Assembly: GCA_009392005.1 (NCBI GenBank)
Contig: VFHL01000001.1
Span: 184,392-248,391 of the forward strand
Origin: SAR202 cluster bacterium
GTDB lineage: Bacteria; Chloroflexota; Dehalococcoidia; UBA6926; VFHL01
DNA length: 64,000 bases
Direction: 5' to 3'
Shown: piece after piece, positions 29,619-39,727 of the stretch
Position numbering within the stretch: the first letter of the stretch is position 1
Layout: each line of letters opens with the position of its first letter
Translations under genes and position numbers: made by a program
The notes under the pieces: model-generated
Database searches by the model: none
Seen by the model: the letters and a program-made list of their open reading frames with translations, nothing else
Told to the model about the DNA's origin: nothing

Positions 29619-30191
29619 TTAATCCGAGGCCTCTTTTTCGATTGAGATAACCTTTATATGAAATGTTAATGTTTTGCCAGCAAGTCGATGATTTGAGTCA
29701 ATACGGGCAACTGTTTCATTTATCGCGATAATGGTCGCGGGACGACCTCCCATGCGACCTTCATCGCCCACTGAGATGTCTGCTGGAAGTTGATCTAGCG
29801 GAACATTGGCAATCAGATCCTCACGTTTTTCTCCGTATCCATCTTTTGGCTCAAGGATTGCTGTTATCTCTTCACCAGTTCGGAGTCCACGGACCGCTTG
29901 ATCGAAACCTTTGATCATTCGCCCACTGCCCACTGTGAAAGTGAGTGGTTTTTTACCGATGGAGGAGTCAAATTCTGTGCCATTTTCTAGTGTGCCTGTG
30001 TAATCAACTGAAACCCTGTCTCCGACCTCAACGACATCATTGTTTTTAGAGGCATCAGTATTTTCAATGACTGGCTTGGTATCGGGAGTCAAGAATATTG
30101 TATGCGGTGCGGAATTTTCTCGGTTGTTGCACGCGGCACCAACCAAGAACACTAACGCTAGGAATAGTAAAAGACTTATGTTTTTCATCAT
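29619..30191 (-). CDS. FKBP-type peptidyl-prolyl cis-trans isomerase, lipoprotein
   Basis: Signal peptide plus lipobox (LVGAACNN) and FKBP domain motifs (VSVDYTGTLENGTEFDSS; RMIKGFDQAVRGLRTGE). Confidence 0.8.
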   Translation of the reverse strand: MMKNISLLLFLALVFLVGAACNNRENSAPHTIFLTPDTKPVIENTDASKNNDVVEVGDRVSVDYTGTLENGTEFDSSIGKKPLTFTVGSGRMIKGFDQAVRGLRTGEEITAILEPKDGYGEKREDLIANVPLDQLPADISVGDEGRMGGRPATIIAINETVARIDSNHRLAGKTLTFHIKVISIEKEASD

Positions 30192-30223
30192 GCATAGACA
30201 ACATTCTGGAGCGAGCGTTCCAG

Positions 30224-31321
30224 TTATAACTCTATTTGTACCTCGTTGCCTGTTAAACTTGATTCGCGGATTCCATCAAGGATTTGTTGGCATCTATATC
30301 CATCATAAAAATTGGGTGCGGGTGAGATCCCTTCATCAATACCACGCAAGAATTCACGTGTTAGTAGACGAAATGGCATCAGTCGATCGTCTCTATCATC
30401 TTCGAATGGTTGTAATCGGTCAGGTATAGTTTCTTCGTTTAAGCTTTCCTGCCCTAGTTTCGCGGCCAGAATTTTGCCATGCGCCGGGGGATTCATACCT
30501 GGCCCCACATGGGGCGTTATCAATGTCCCATCGGTCCCATACACTTCCATGCGTCCTCCAGGCCCATATGGTGCAGCAGAGGAGGCAACCATTGTAGCCC
30601 AACCACCGCTGGCAAATTCTACTCTAAATTGGAATGTGTCATCCGCGTTTGACTGAACAATGTTCCCAGTCTCTTCGTTTATTCGATCAGGATAGTGCGT
30701 TCTTGTCGTTCCCGATACAGAACTTATTTCGCCAAACCATTGGCGTAATGCGTCAATATAATGAGAACCGAGACCAAAAAGGAAGCCGCCACCATTTTCT
30801 GCCACATCTCGATCGGTTAGTGGGCGAGGTTTTATTGGTCGTCTTGGGCCCGTCACAAGTGTGACTAGTGCCATTTGGAGTTCTCCGATATGGCCTTCGT
30901 CGATTAATTCTTTTACCCGTGAGCGGCCCGATGAAAAGCGGAATTCATGCGCGATCATCGCTGTTTTTTTAGATTCATTCGCGGCATTTAACATTTCTTT
31001 TGCCGTGGCTTGGTCTGTGCTGAAGGGTTTTTCGCAGATAACGTGCTTACCAGCCTTTAGTGCAGCGAGGACGATAGGCAGATGAAGGTGGACTGGAGTT
31101 GCAATACTGACTGCATCTAAATCGTTTAATTCCAACATTAATTCATAATCTGAGAAGAAGTTTGGGATGTCGAATTTTTCAGCTGTTTCTTTGGCACGTT
31201 CTTCTCTTCGAGCGGCTACGGCTATGACATCAAGACCTTCTGATTGGAAAGCAGGGATGTGTACCTGTGCTCCGAAACCGACGCCGACAACGCCAATTTT
31301 CAATTTGTGCGCCATAATCAT
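30224..31321 (-). CDS. Gfo/Idh/MocA-family NAD(P)-dependent oxidoreductase
   Basis: N-terminal Rossmann GVVGVGFGAQVH, an EKP motif and a C-terminal alpha/beta domain. Confidence 0.8.
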   Translation of the reverse strand: MIMAHKLKIGVVGVGFGAQVHIPAFQSEGLDVIAVAARREERAKETAEKFDIPNFFSDYELMLELNDLDAVSIATPVHLHLPIVLAALKAGKHVICEKPFSTDQATAKEMLNAANESKKTAMIAHEFRFSSGRSRVKELIDEGHIGELQMALVTLVTGPRRPIKPRPLTDRDVAENGGGFLFGLGSHYIDALRQWFGEISSVSGTTRTHYPDRINEETGNIVQSNADDTFQFRVEFASGGWATMVASSAAPYGPGGRMEVYGTDGTLITPHVGPGMNPPAHGKILAAKLGQESLNEETIPDRLQPFEDDRDDRLMPFRLLTREFLRGIDEGISPAPNFYDGYRCQQILDGIRESSLTGNEVQIEL

Positions 31322-31462
31322 GCTCCTTTCAACTTTGAACTCTACGAGGCGGTTACTAAATGAGTTAGTTACAGGTACTAATATCCTCAGAGCGTACTAT
31401 GTCTTAACTTAATGTCAAACGTTCCTGTTGACACTCATGATTGGCGCCTTTAGGGTTCATAT

Positions 31463-32419
31463 ATGAAATATCGCAAACTCGGATCTATTGGAGAGGTAAG
31501 TGCATTAACTCTCGGCGGCGGAGGGATTGGTCAGATATGGGGCCAGACTGATCGTGCGGAAGCGGTTGAAACTGTTAAAGCTGCCGTTGATGGTGGTATC
31601 ACTTTTCTGGACGTAGCTCCTACGTATGGAGATGGGGAGGCGGAAAGAGTTATTGGACAGGCATTTGATGGTAAATTGCCAGCTGGTGTCCGTATGTCCA
31701 CTAAATGCGCTGTTTTGAATGTGCAACCTGATGAAGTTGCACCTAGGATCGACAATAGTCTATCAGATAGTTTTGACCGATTACGGGTTGATTACGTAGA
31801 CTTGTTTTTGTTGCACAATCAAATTATTTCCGATGGTGATGTGGCGAGATATCGGGGGACGACACATAGCTTGTTTGTTGATACCGTGAGACCGATTTTT
31901 GAAAAGATGGTTCAAGATGGCAGGATTGGAGCGTGGGGGTTGACCGGGATTGGAGTTCCAACACAACTTTTACAAGCGCTCGAAGAAGATCCTGCTCCTT
32001 CGGTTATCCAAGTGGTGGCGAATTTGCTTGACTCACCTGGTGGACTGAAAAGATTTGATGAACCTGCCGAACCCCGAAGGATCATGAGATCGGCTCAAGA
32101 TCGTGGTATTGGTGTTATGGGGATTCGAGCTGTCCAAGCGGGCGCGTTGACTGATCAGTTTGATCGAGATATACCAATTGAGAGCCCAGATTATGCGGAT
32201 TATGAACGCGCAGCATCTTTTCGTGCGTTTGCGAAAAAGAACGGTGTTTCTTCGGCATTTCTAGCGCATCGTTATGCTTTAAGCATAAACGAGGTTTCGA
32301 CGGTTGTTCTAGGTGTTAAAAATCGGAATGAATTAAGTGAATGCTTGATGGCAGAGGAAACTGCTCCTTTAGATCCTGATCTAATTGCTGAAGTGGATCG
32401 ATTAGTGGGTCGTATTTAG
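31463..32419 (+). CDS. Aldo/keto reductase
   Basis: 318 aa with TIM-barrel AKR motifs (LDVAPTYGDGEAE; DYVDLFLLH; GIGVMGIRA). Confidence 0.8.
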   Translation: MKYRKLGSIGEVSALTLGGGGIGQIWGQTDRAEAVETVKAAVDGGITFLDVAPTYGDGEAERVIGQAFDGKLPAGVRMSTKCAVLNVQPDEVAPRIDNSLSDSFDRLRVDYVDLFLLHNQIISDGDVARYRGTTHSLFVDTVRPIFEKMVQDGRIGAWGLTGIGVPTQLLQALEEDPAPSVIQVVANLLDSPGGLKRFDEPAEPRRIMRSAQDRGIGVMGIRAVQAGALTDQFDRDIPIESPDYADYERAASFRAFAKKNGVSSAFLAHRYALSINEVSTVVLGVKNRNELSECLMAEETAPLDPDLIAEVDRLVGRI

Positions 32420-32463
32420 TTTGGATCTTCAATTAATTTTGGATCGAACGAATTTTCAGAGAG

Positions 32464-32724
32464 GTGAGTGAGATGGCGACAAGCAACGATGTTATTGTGA
32501 TGTATGGCACTGCTTGGTGTTCCGACTGTACCCGGTCAAAACGGGTTTTCGCAATACACGAGATTGAATATAAATATATAGATATTGATGTACAGGAATG
32601 GGCTGCAGATGAAGTTGTAAAGCTGAATGGTGGAAATAAATCTGTGCCAACTATTGTCTTTCCTGACGGTACAGTATTGGTAGAGCCCTCAGATCAAGAT
32701 TTGGAGACAAAACTAGGGGTGTGA
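32464..32724 (+). CDS. Glutaredoxin-like protein (NrdH/mycoredoxin/YruB-type)
   Basis: 86 aa with a CxxC active site in thioredoxin-fold context (VIVMYGTAWCSDCTRSKR), and VPTIVFPDG. Confidence 0.65.
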   Translation: MSEMATSNDVIVMYGTAWCSDCTRSKRVFAIHEIEYKYIDIDVQEWAADEVVKLNGGNKSVPTIVFPDGTVLVEPSDQDLETKLGV

Positions 32725-32745
32725 AGAGTTATGCTTTCTAAACTT

Positions 32746-33390
32746 TCATTCCCATAGTCTTTGAAAAAATTTTGTGATTGTGTCGGCGAGTGAATCTGCA
32801 CCATCGCTCCAAGATCGATCCGCATTTTGGATGAGACGCAGTTGTGTTGTTTTTGGTAATGCAGCTTGGGCGCTAACCAATTTTTCTGGTGGCGTCATAA
32901 GATCTTTCTCTCCGCCGATAATTATTGCAGGAATTGAAATTGTTTTGAGTATTTCTGAATCTAAGAGGCCTAGGGGAGGGGAGATGAGAACGAGTCCCGA
33001 TACACTCGTCTCTGATTGCGTTGTTAATGCGGCCATCGATGCTCCAAAAGAGTAACCAATTAGCCCAAGTTTGTTTTCATTGATATCCGGCCATTCGTTC
33101 AGTAAATCAAAAGCGTTGCGAGCATCTTCACTTTCGCCTTTGCCTTCCTCATATGAACCGGTACTTTCACCAACACCGCGATAATTATAGCGAAGTGTCG
33201 CTATTTCGTGTGTGGTGAGTTTTGAACTAATAGTTCGAATTACTGGGCTATCCATAGTTCCGCCCATCCATGGATCGGGGTGGCTGATAACAATGCCTGA
33301 CCAAGGAGGTTCGGAAATTGTAGGTGTTGCCACAATGCCTTCTAAGTTTTCTTTCCCACTTGGAAATGAAATCCGTGTTTCTCGAGTCAT
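32746..33390 (-). CDS. Alpha/beta hydrolase (dienelactone hydrolase/BAAT-like)
   Basis: 214 aa with a GYSFGASMAA nucleophile elbow. Confidence 0.65.
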   Translation of the reverse strand: MTRETRISFPSGKENLEGIVATPTISEPPWSGIVISHPDPWMGGTMDSPVIRTISSKLTTHEIATLRYNYRGVGESTGSYEEGKGESEDARNAFDLLNEWPDINENKLGLIGYSFGASMAALTTQSETSVSGLVLISPPLGLLDSEILKTISIPAIIIGGEKDLMTPPEKLVSAQAALPKTTQLRLIQNADRSWSDGADSLADTITKFFQRLWE

Positions 33391-33504
33391 TCTTTAGTCC
33401 ACATCACAGCATATTTTGATCGTAATTCTTCGATCCAATCAGGAGATAATAATATGTTGGTTTTGATCGCTATTCAAATACATCAATTTGAATAGCGATC
33501 AAAG

Positions 33505-35718
33505 TTATTTGAAGCAAGAGGTAGCTTTTTGGAGATTTAAGACACTTTCCTTGAGCCGGACATAATTGAAATGGATATAACCGAGCCCATCAGGGTTGTA
33601 GCAATCAATATGGTGTTTTACTAAATGATAGGCATTATCGAACCTGATTGGAATGAAAGCGGCATCTTTGATCAACAGTGCTTCCGCCTGTCGATAGAGG
33701 TTGTTGCGAGCATTTCGGTTTTCTGTTGTAGCGGCTTGATCAATGAGGGAATCAAAAAAGGGATTACTGTATTCGCCACCATTATTTTCTCGCCCTGTAT
33801 AAAACAACAGATCTAAGAAATTTTGAGGATCCGGATAATCAGCTAGCCACCCGTAACTGAAAAGGTTACCTTTCACAGTTTTTAATTCATTCCAATAAAG
33901 CTGTGAAGAGGGGATCAGCTTAATTTCGATCTCTATATTTAAATTCCGTTTAATTTCCTCTGCTACGATTAATGCTAGTTTGCTTGGCTCTAAATATCCA
34001 CGTTCCGTATAGATGATTGCAGGAAATTCTTCAGGAGATGCGTATTTTTCAGTGATGATTCTCCTTGCTTTTTCAGGATTAAAATCTATTTTGGGTAACA
34101 ATGATTCATCGTTGGATAAAAATTGCGGAGGGATCAGGCCGTTAGCGAGCGGCACTCGATCATCAAATACAGATTCGATAATGCGTTCGCGGTCGATAGC
34201 CATAAGAAAAGCGTTTCTTATCAGCGGATCGTTAAATGGAGGTTTTGTGGTATCAAATCCAATGTACCAAGTAGAGGGTTTGGTGAATTGAACGAGTTCC
34301 TGTCTGAAATTCGGATGACTGTCAAAAATGGATAGCATATCGAAACCAACGTTCACCACATCGATTTCATCTTGCTTGTACATGTCGATTGGGTTTTCGC
34401 CATACATCCGGAAAACAACTTTATCCAAGTTTGCCTTGTATCCATAGTAGTCATTGTATTTTGCTAGGACTAAGATTTCATTCGCAGTCCATTTTTGTAG
34501 TTGGAATGGACCAGTTCCCATAGGTTTTAACCACCAGGGGCTTTTGCTAGATTCGACGGTTTTTTTGTCAACAACGAATGCAGCGGGGTAGGTCATTTTT
34601 TGAAGGAAATAGGGAGTTGGGGCGACCAATCGTATTTGCAGTGTGTGCGCATCAATTTTGGTTAGGCCGCTAATTTGCTCAGATTCCCCATTGAACACTT
34701 GCTGAACGCCTGCAATATCACCGAGAAAATCAAGAGCAGTTGTTGATCCAGTACGTGGATTAGCAGCTCTGTTTAGCGAGTAGATGAAGTCATCTGCGGT
34801 AACCTTTCTACCATTATGAAAGGTGGCTTCTTTCGTAAGGTGAAACGTATAGGTTGTCTTATCGTTACTTATATTCCAAGTTGCTATATCGGGTACGACT
34901 TCGAGATTGTGGTTGAGCCTAACAAGTCCGGAGAAAATTTGTTGGATATACCGATGAGATCCGGCATCTCCAGACAAAGCAGGATCCAATGTGAGAGGGC
35001 TAGTCGCCCATAGTGTGATTGTGTTCGCGGTCGGATCATCAAAAGGACGGGGATGATTAATTACGAAATTTGCAATGATGTTATCTATGACGTCGTTATT
35101 AACAATATCTTCATCTGCTAGGCTCTTAATCCATAAAGTGAATGCGTGGGTCCCACGTGTTGCGTAAATCAAGCAAAAGTTAATTATCTGCTGATTGTTA
35201 TCAGTTGCTTGAAGTTGTATTTGATAGGCAGTAGAAGCACCATCTACCTGTATTTGGTTTTGACTAATAATGGTTGTAGAGGATTCATCTTGTATCGTAA
35301 TCAAATCGCGTTGAGCGAGTTGTGTAGCAGTGGTTAATGTAGGGGGGATTTCTTTGTAAAGCTGTACCTGGGGAAATCCGTTGGGCGAAGATAGATTTAT
35401 CAATGGTGAATCAAAGGACTGGGGATCAATCGATATCCAATTGGACGGGAATCGTAGCGTGACACCCCAAGTCGTATTCTCATATTTTTGCCATGAATCT
35501 GCCACAGTTTTGGTAGGAACAGCGGGGGGTATTTTTGTAGGAACTAGAGGTTTGGCAGGCACAGATTTTGTGTCCGCCGGCGATGAAAGGGGTGTTACGG
35601 TATGAGCTTTAGTTGGTTCCTCTTCCGCGGTACACGCTGGAGCATATATGATCAAGAACACAGCAATTACCAAGAATCCAATTTTATAAAAACTGTTATT
35701 TTGCTGCGCCGATAACAT
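33505..35718 (-). CDS. Solute-binding protein family 5 (peptide/nickel ABC-type SBP) with ~230-aa N-terminal extension; orphan (no adjacent permease/ATPase)
   Basis: 737 aa with a signal/anchor segment and Cys (YAPACTAEEE), a P/T/K-rich linker, and a ~170-aa unknown domain. From about residue 240 the C-terminal ~500 aa match the SBP_bac_5 architecture. Confidence 0.75.
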   Translation of the reverse strand: MLSAQQNNSFYKIGFLVIAVFLIIYAPACTAEEEPTKAHTVTPLSSPADTKSVPAKPLVPTKIPPAVPTKTVADSWQKYENTTWGVTLRFPSNWISIDPQSFDSPLINLSSPNGFPQVQLYKEIPPTLTTATQLAQRDLITIQDESSTTIISQNQIQVDGASTAYQIQLQATDNNQQIINFCLIYATRGTHAFTLWIKSLADEDIVNNDVIDNIIANFVINHPRPFDDPTANTITLWATSPLTLDPALSGDAGSHRYIQQIFSGLVRLNHNLEVVPDIATWNISNDKTTYTFHLTKEATFHNGRKVTADDFIYSLNRAANPRTGSTTALDFLGDIAGVQQVFNGESEQISGLTKIDAHTLQIRLVAPTPYFLQKMTYPAAFVVDKKTVESSKSPWWLKPMGTGPFQLQKWTANEILVLAKYNDYYGYKANLDKVVFRMYGENPIDMYKQDEIDVVNVGFDMLSIFDSHPNFRQELVQFTKPSTWYIGFDTTKPPFNDPLIRNAFLMAIDRERIIESVFDDRVPLANGLIPPQFLSNDESLLPKIDFNPEKARRIITEKYASPEEFPAIIYTERGYLEPSKLALIVAEEIKRNLNIEIEIKLIPSSQLYWNELKTVKGNLFSYGWLADYPDPQNFLDLLFYTGRENNGGEYSNPFFDSLIDQAATTENRNARNNLYRQAEALLIKDAAFIPIRFDNAYHLVKHHIDCYNPDGLGYIHFNYVRLKESVLNLQKATSCFK

Positions 35719-36800
35719 GTTTTAGATAAGTTTCTATTAATTCATCAAGATTCCCGTCTAAGACAGCTTCTGTATCGCTTGTTTCGAAGCTTGATCGATG
35801 GTCCTTTACCATTTGATATGGGTGCAATATATAACTGCGGATCTGGTTGCCCCATTCTGCTTCAACATGTTCACCTTTAAGGCGTGCCTGGTCTTGCGCC
35901 TGTTTGGTTAGTTCTCTCTCCGTCAAACGAGCTTGGAGAATTTTCATCGCAGTTTCACGGTTCTGTCGTTGTGATCGTTCGTTCTGACAAGTGACTGTAA
36001 TGTTCGTTGGGATATGAACGATGCGTACTGCGGTCGAATTCTTTTGGACACTTTGTCCTCCTGCACCACTTGATTTGAAATAGTCGATTCTAAGGTCTGA
36101 TTGATCGATAGTTACATCGGTGTTCAAATCCAAATCTGGTAAGATTTCGACTTTGGCGAATGAGGTATGGCGAGCCTTATCTGCATCGAATGGCGATAAT
36201 CGGACTAGCCGATGAGCTCCAGCTTCGCCTTTCAAATACCCGTACCCGAATTCACCAATGATCTCGAGGTGCACACTCTTGATTCCGGCTTCTTCGCCGC
36301 TATGCATATCCAAAATCTTTGTTGTGTAGTCGCGTTTCTCTGCCCACCTGAGGTACATTTTAAGCAGCATTTCGGACCAATCCTGGGATTCGGTTCCGCC
36401 TGCTCCAGCATGAATGGCTAAGATTGCGCCGTTCCTATCGTGTTTTCCCGAAAGACGGAGTTCAAAGTCCAGTTTCTCTAGTTTCTGGTGAATACGATTA
36501 ATGTCCATTTCGATATCGGGAAGGATGTCCTCATCTTCAGATACGATAGCTAACTCAAGGAGTTCTGAAGTAGCACGAGCATCCGCCTCCAGATCGATCC
36601 AAGTTGTTGTTAGATCTCGTATAGATGCTAGTGCCCGCATGTGTGTTTGAGCTGCGCGGGTGTCATCCCAAAAGCCGTGATCTGCTGCTTTATTCTCTAG
36701 GGTTTCTAACTCTTTTAGTTTATTGGCGATTTCAAAGTCGCACCATGATTTCCGTGATCCGACTGTGATACTCGGTAATACGGTTCATTAGTTCCTGCAT
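35696..36800 (-). CDS. prfB: Peptide chain release factor 2, with programmed +1 ribosomal frameshift
   Basis: GGQ motif (SGAGGQSVQKN) and SPF-type region. A 22-codon zero-frame start (MQELMNRITEYHSRITEIMVRL) ends at the CTT-TGA slippery/stop site (36732-36737). The +1 frame then continues (EIANKLKELE...) into the 314-aa ORF. An SD GGAGG lies 4 nt before the ATG at 36800. Confidence 0.85.
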
Positions 36801-36946
36801 AATTCCTCCGACGCGTGTGTAAGATAGTTCAACAGTATGTCGATTCCATAATATCGCATGATGAGTATCAAGATGTCTAATGGCATTCTTATAAGTGTGT
36901 TTGATTGCTGATGCTTTGGTCGTTTTGCTATCATTGTTGTCAGTGT

Positions 36947-37023
36947 CGGGGTGTGGCGCAGACCGGTAGCGCACCTGCATGGGGTGCAGGGGGTCGGAGG
37001 TTCAAATCCTCTCACCCCGACCA
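36947..37023 (+). tRNA. tRNA-Pro (anticodon GGG)
   Basis: A cloverleaf with a 7-bp acceptor stem CGGGGTG/CACCCCG, a D-arm GCGC..GCGC, an anticodon stem CCTGC/GCAGG with loop AT-GGG-GT, a T-arm GGAGG-TTCAAAT-CCTCT, and an encoded ACCA end. Confidence 0.85.
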
Positions 37024-37075
37024 CGTAAGAAATAGATAAGGCGGCTTAGGGTTAATTGAGGTTTTTTACTATCTC

Positions 37076-37816
37076 ATGATATTTGAAAAAGGGGACGTGA
37101 CGAGCCCTCGCGGGCATGCGATTTTGTATTATCGCTCCAGTGGGGTGTGCCTCGCGACATACATTATGGTGTTGCCTCTCAAGCTGGATCTTGAAAAATT
37201 CATTCCGCCAGTCATGATCTCTCAAGTAAAGGCATCTGGGATTGATGAGTTGACTGCGTTCGCGATTCCTCCAGCACTTGAAGAAGTGCCAAGTTATGAG
37301 TTTTTGTTGAAACTTGCGGAACAAAGATTTGATGATTTGGTTTTTGGTGGAGAAGTTTCTGGTAACGATTTTCTTGATTCAGCCCAGCGTGTAAGTGATG
37401 CGGTTAAAGAATATGCAGATCTTTGTCAAAAATTGTTCAACACATCCAATACTGAGGAAATTTCTCCTAGTGAAATTTCGGATCTAAGCGTGAATGAAGT
37501 TTTGTTTTCGATGATGCCTGAGCGAGAGGCCTTGGGAGAATTGTCGAAAATGATCGGTAAAATGCAGTTCGCTTTAGAAGGTCACGATGACCGATTGGCA
37601 CAAGAATCAGTGAGTGAGATTACTGCCCTTTCCCGACACTTACCTGAATCATATCAACTTACCGACTTGATAAAAGCTTTAGAAGGATCATCATCAAATC
37701 GATTAGAATTGGCTCGGCTGTATTTGGAGCGATGCTATAAATTGCTTGAAGAAGATTATGCTGCTGTCAGTGAAAAAGATGATGCTATTCGTCAAATGCA
37801 AGGGACCTTTGATTAA
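37076..37816 (+). CDS. Hypothetical acidic protein
   Basis: 246-aa intact ORF, E/D/L-rich, with no recognizable domain; the start is uncertain. Confidence 0.45.
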   Translation: MIFEKGDVTSPRGHAILYYRSSGVCLATYIMVLPLKLDLEKFIPPVMISQVKASGIDELTAFAIPPALEEVPSYEFLLKLAEQRFDDLVFGGEVSGNDFLDSAQRVSDAVKEYADLCQKLFNTSNTEEISPSEISDLSVNEVLFSMMPEREALGELSKMIGKMQFALEGHDDRLAQESVSEITALSRHLPESYQLTDLIKALEGSSSNRLELARLYLERCYKLLEEDYAAVSEKDDAIRQMQGTFD

Positions 37817-37846
37817 GGAGCACGAATCTCTTCAGCGAGGTGGAAA

Positions 37847-38062
37847 GTGTTAGAACTTAATCTTGGAGATATCGTTTTATTGAGAAAGAAACACCCCTGT
37901 GGAGGCGACAGTTGGAAAGTTGTTCGGCTGGGGTCCGATGTGGGGTTGCTATGCGAGACCTGTCATCACCGAACAATGCTGGATCGGTTGGTTCTTGAGC
38001 GACGGATTTATGAGATCAGACCATCTCAGTCTGATGGTGTGGATTCGGTCTCATCAACTTGA
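37847..38062 (+). CDS. DUF951-family small protein
   Basis: 71 aa with the pattern DIVLLRKKHPCGGDSWKVVRLGSDVGLLCETCHHR, typical of the YyzM/DUF951 family. Confidence 0.5.
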   Translation: MLELNLGDIVLLRKKHPCGGDSWKVVRLGSDVGLLCETCHHRTMLDRLVLERRIYEIRPSQSDGVDSVSST

Positions 38063-38116
38063 ATCTTGGTTGATGAGGTTACGTGGGTTTTTCCCAAAAG
38101 GAGTAAAGTGCCAACC

Positions 38117-38395
38117 ATGAATGAACGATTACATGCGGTCGCGAGGGGGCATGTTCAAGGCGTCAGTTATCGATGGTTTGTCGTACGAGCAGCGCAAAAG
38201 CTGAGTATCGTTGGGTGGACCCGTAATGGTGCGAATGGGCGATCGGTGGAAGTGGTTGCGGAAGGCCTTCGTTCAAACTTAGAGCAACTGATTCAGAAAC
38301 TGCATGATGGTCCACCTCGTGCAAGAGTTGATAGTGTTGATGTTTCGTGGGAGACGACCGTTGGTGACATGGAAGATTTCAGCATTCGTTATTGA
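38117..38395 (+). CDS. acyP: Acylphosphatase
   Basis: VARGHVQGVSYRWFVV...GWTRNGANGRSVEVVAEG matches the acylphosphatase signatures. The start was chosen at M(38117) inside the track ORF 38066-38395. Confidence 0.75.
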   Translation: MNERLHAVARGHVQGVSYRWFVVRAAQKLSIVGWTRNGANGRSVEVVAEGLRSNLEQLIQKLHDGPPRARVDSVDVSWETTVGDMEDFSIRY

Positions 38396-38430
38396 AAGCC
38401 CAATAGTCATTCAGTGATTCTACGAAGTGG

Positions 38431-39696
38431 TTATTCGAGTAGCAGGATTTCAGCTTTGTCCCCAGGATTAAGAACAGGAGTATTCTCTGGGCAGATCGCT
38501 AAACCGTTTGCCCGTGCCATCCCTGTAAGGATGTTTGATCCCTGTGGCCCCGCTAATCTAGCATGGTAAATCCCGTTTTTCTTTTCCACCAAGGCTCTCG
38601 CGTAAGTACGTCGCTGGTCAAAGTTGACAATTGGATCTTCAAGTATCGCTTCGACAGAAGGTAAATCCCATTTTGTGTAACCCATCATTTTTAATATAGC
38701 AGGCCTCGCTAAAATATAGAAAACTACCATCGCTGACACCGGATTTCCTGGCAGACCTATGAGTGGAATGGTCTTTTCCCATGGGTCATCAGGGGTGCCT
38801 TTTAACATTCCGAATGCGACGGGTTTTCCTGGGCGCATGCGCACAGTCCAGAGCGACAAATCTCCATATTGCTTCAAGACCTCTTTTACAATGTCATAAT
38901 ATCCTAATGACACACCTGCAGATGTAAGAACGAGGTCGTATTCGCGGGCAGCAGCAATTTTCTCCGATAAATCTTCTACTGTATCCTTTGCGATGCCTAT
39001 CATTTCAGGCTGTGCACCCAAATTGTTGATTAATGCGGCAAGGCTATGTGAATTACTATCAAAAATTTGACCTGCTCCGAGAGTTTTCCCGGGTTGAACA
39101 ATTTCATCTCCTGTCGAGAGAATTGCGACTCTGGGCCTTCGCACTACATTCGTATGCGCCAAACCAAGAGAGGCTAATACACCAATGATTCCTGGGTTAA
39201 TTGGCGTTCCATGTTTGAAAACAGTATCGTCTTTCTTGATATCTTCGCCTTGTTCCCGGATCGCTTCACCGTTAGGAGTTTCTTTTAAGATTGAAATAGA
39301 TGTTAACGGTTCTTGATTCTTCTGCCGATGTTCTTCGTCGGTATCTTCAAAGCGAACGATCGTGTCTGCACCCACGGGTATAGGTGCTCCTGTCATGATT
39401 CGGATGGCAGTTTTTGGATCTAGTTTGATTCCAGGGAATGATCCTGCCGCGATTTCTCCAATGACTGGCAACGTCTTTGGGTTGTTCTTGGAGGCTCCAA
39501 CTATGTCGGATGCACGGACAGCATAACCATCCATTCCCGAGTTGTCCCAGCGGGGTAAATCCATCGGTGCTTTCACGGTTTGAGCAAGCACTAGGTTAAG
39601 CGTGTCACCTATCGCCATGTTTGTTGGTTCCAAGGATGTAATTGGGTTCAATACTTCCTTGAGAGCTTCCTCAACACGCATCATAGGAACCTCCAC
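38431..39696 (-). CDS. moeA: Molybdopterin molybdotransferase
   Basis: 421 aa with MoeA N-terminal, MoCF-biosynthesis (GGVSMG-like SAGVSLG) and C-terminal domains. Confidence 0.85.
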   Translation of the reverse strand: MEVPMMRVEEALKEVLNPITSLEPTNMAIGDTLNLVLAQTVKAPMDLPRWDNSGMDGYAVRASDIVGASKNNPKTLPVIGEIAAGSFPGIKLDPKTAIRIMTGAPIPVGADTIVRFEDTDEEHRQKNQEPLTSISILKETPNGEAIREQGEDIKKDDTVFKHGTPINPGIIGVLASLGLAHTNVVRRPRVAILSTGDEIVQPGKTLGAGQIFDSNSHSLAALINNLGAQPEMIGIAKDTVEDLSEKIAAAREYDLVLTSAGVSLGYYDIVKEVLKQYGDLSLWTVRMRPGKPVAFGMLKGTPDDPWEKTIPLIGLPGNPVSAMVVFYILARPAILKMMGYTKWDLPSVEAILEDPIVNFDQRRTYARALVEKKNGIYHARLAGPQGSNILTGMARANGLAICPENTPVLNPGDKAEILLLE

Positions 39697-39727
39697 TATT
39701 CCGTTGGTTTTTCTGGTTAGGGCTACT

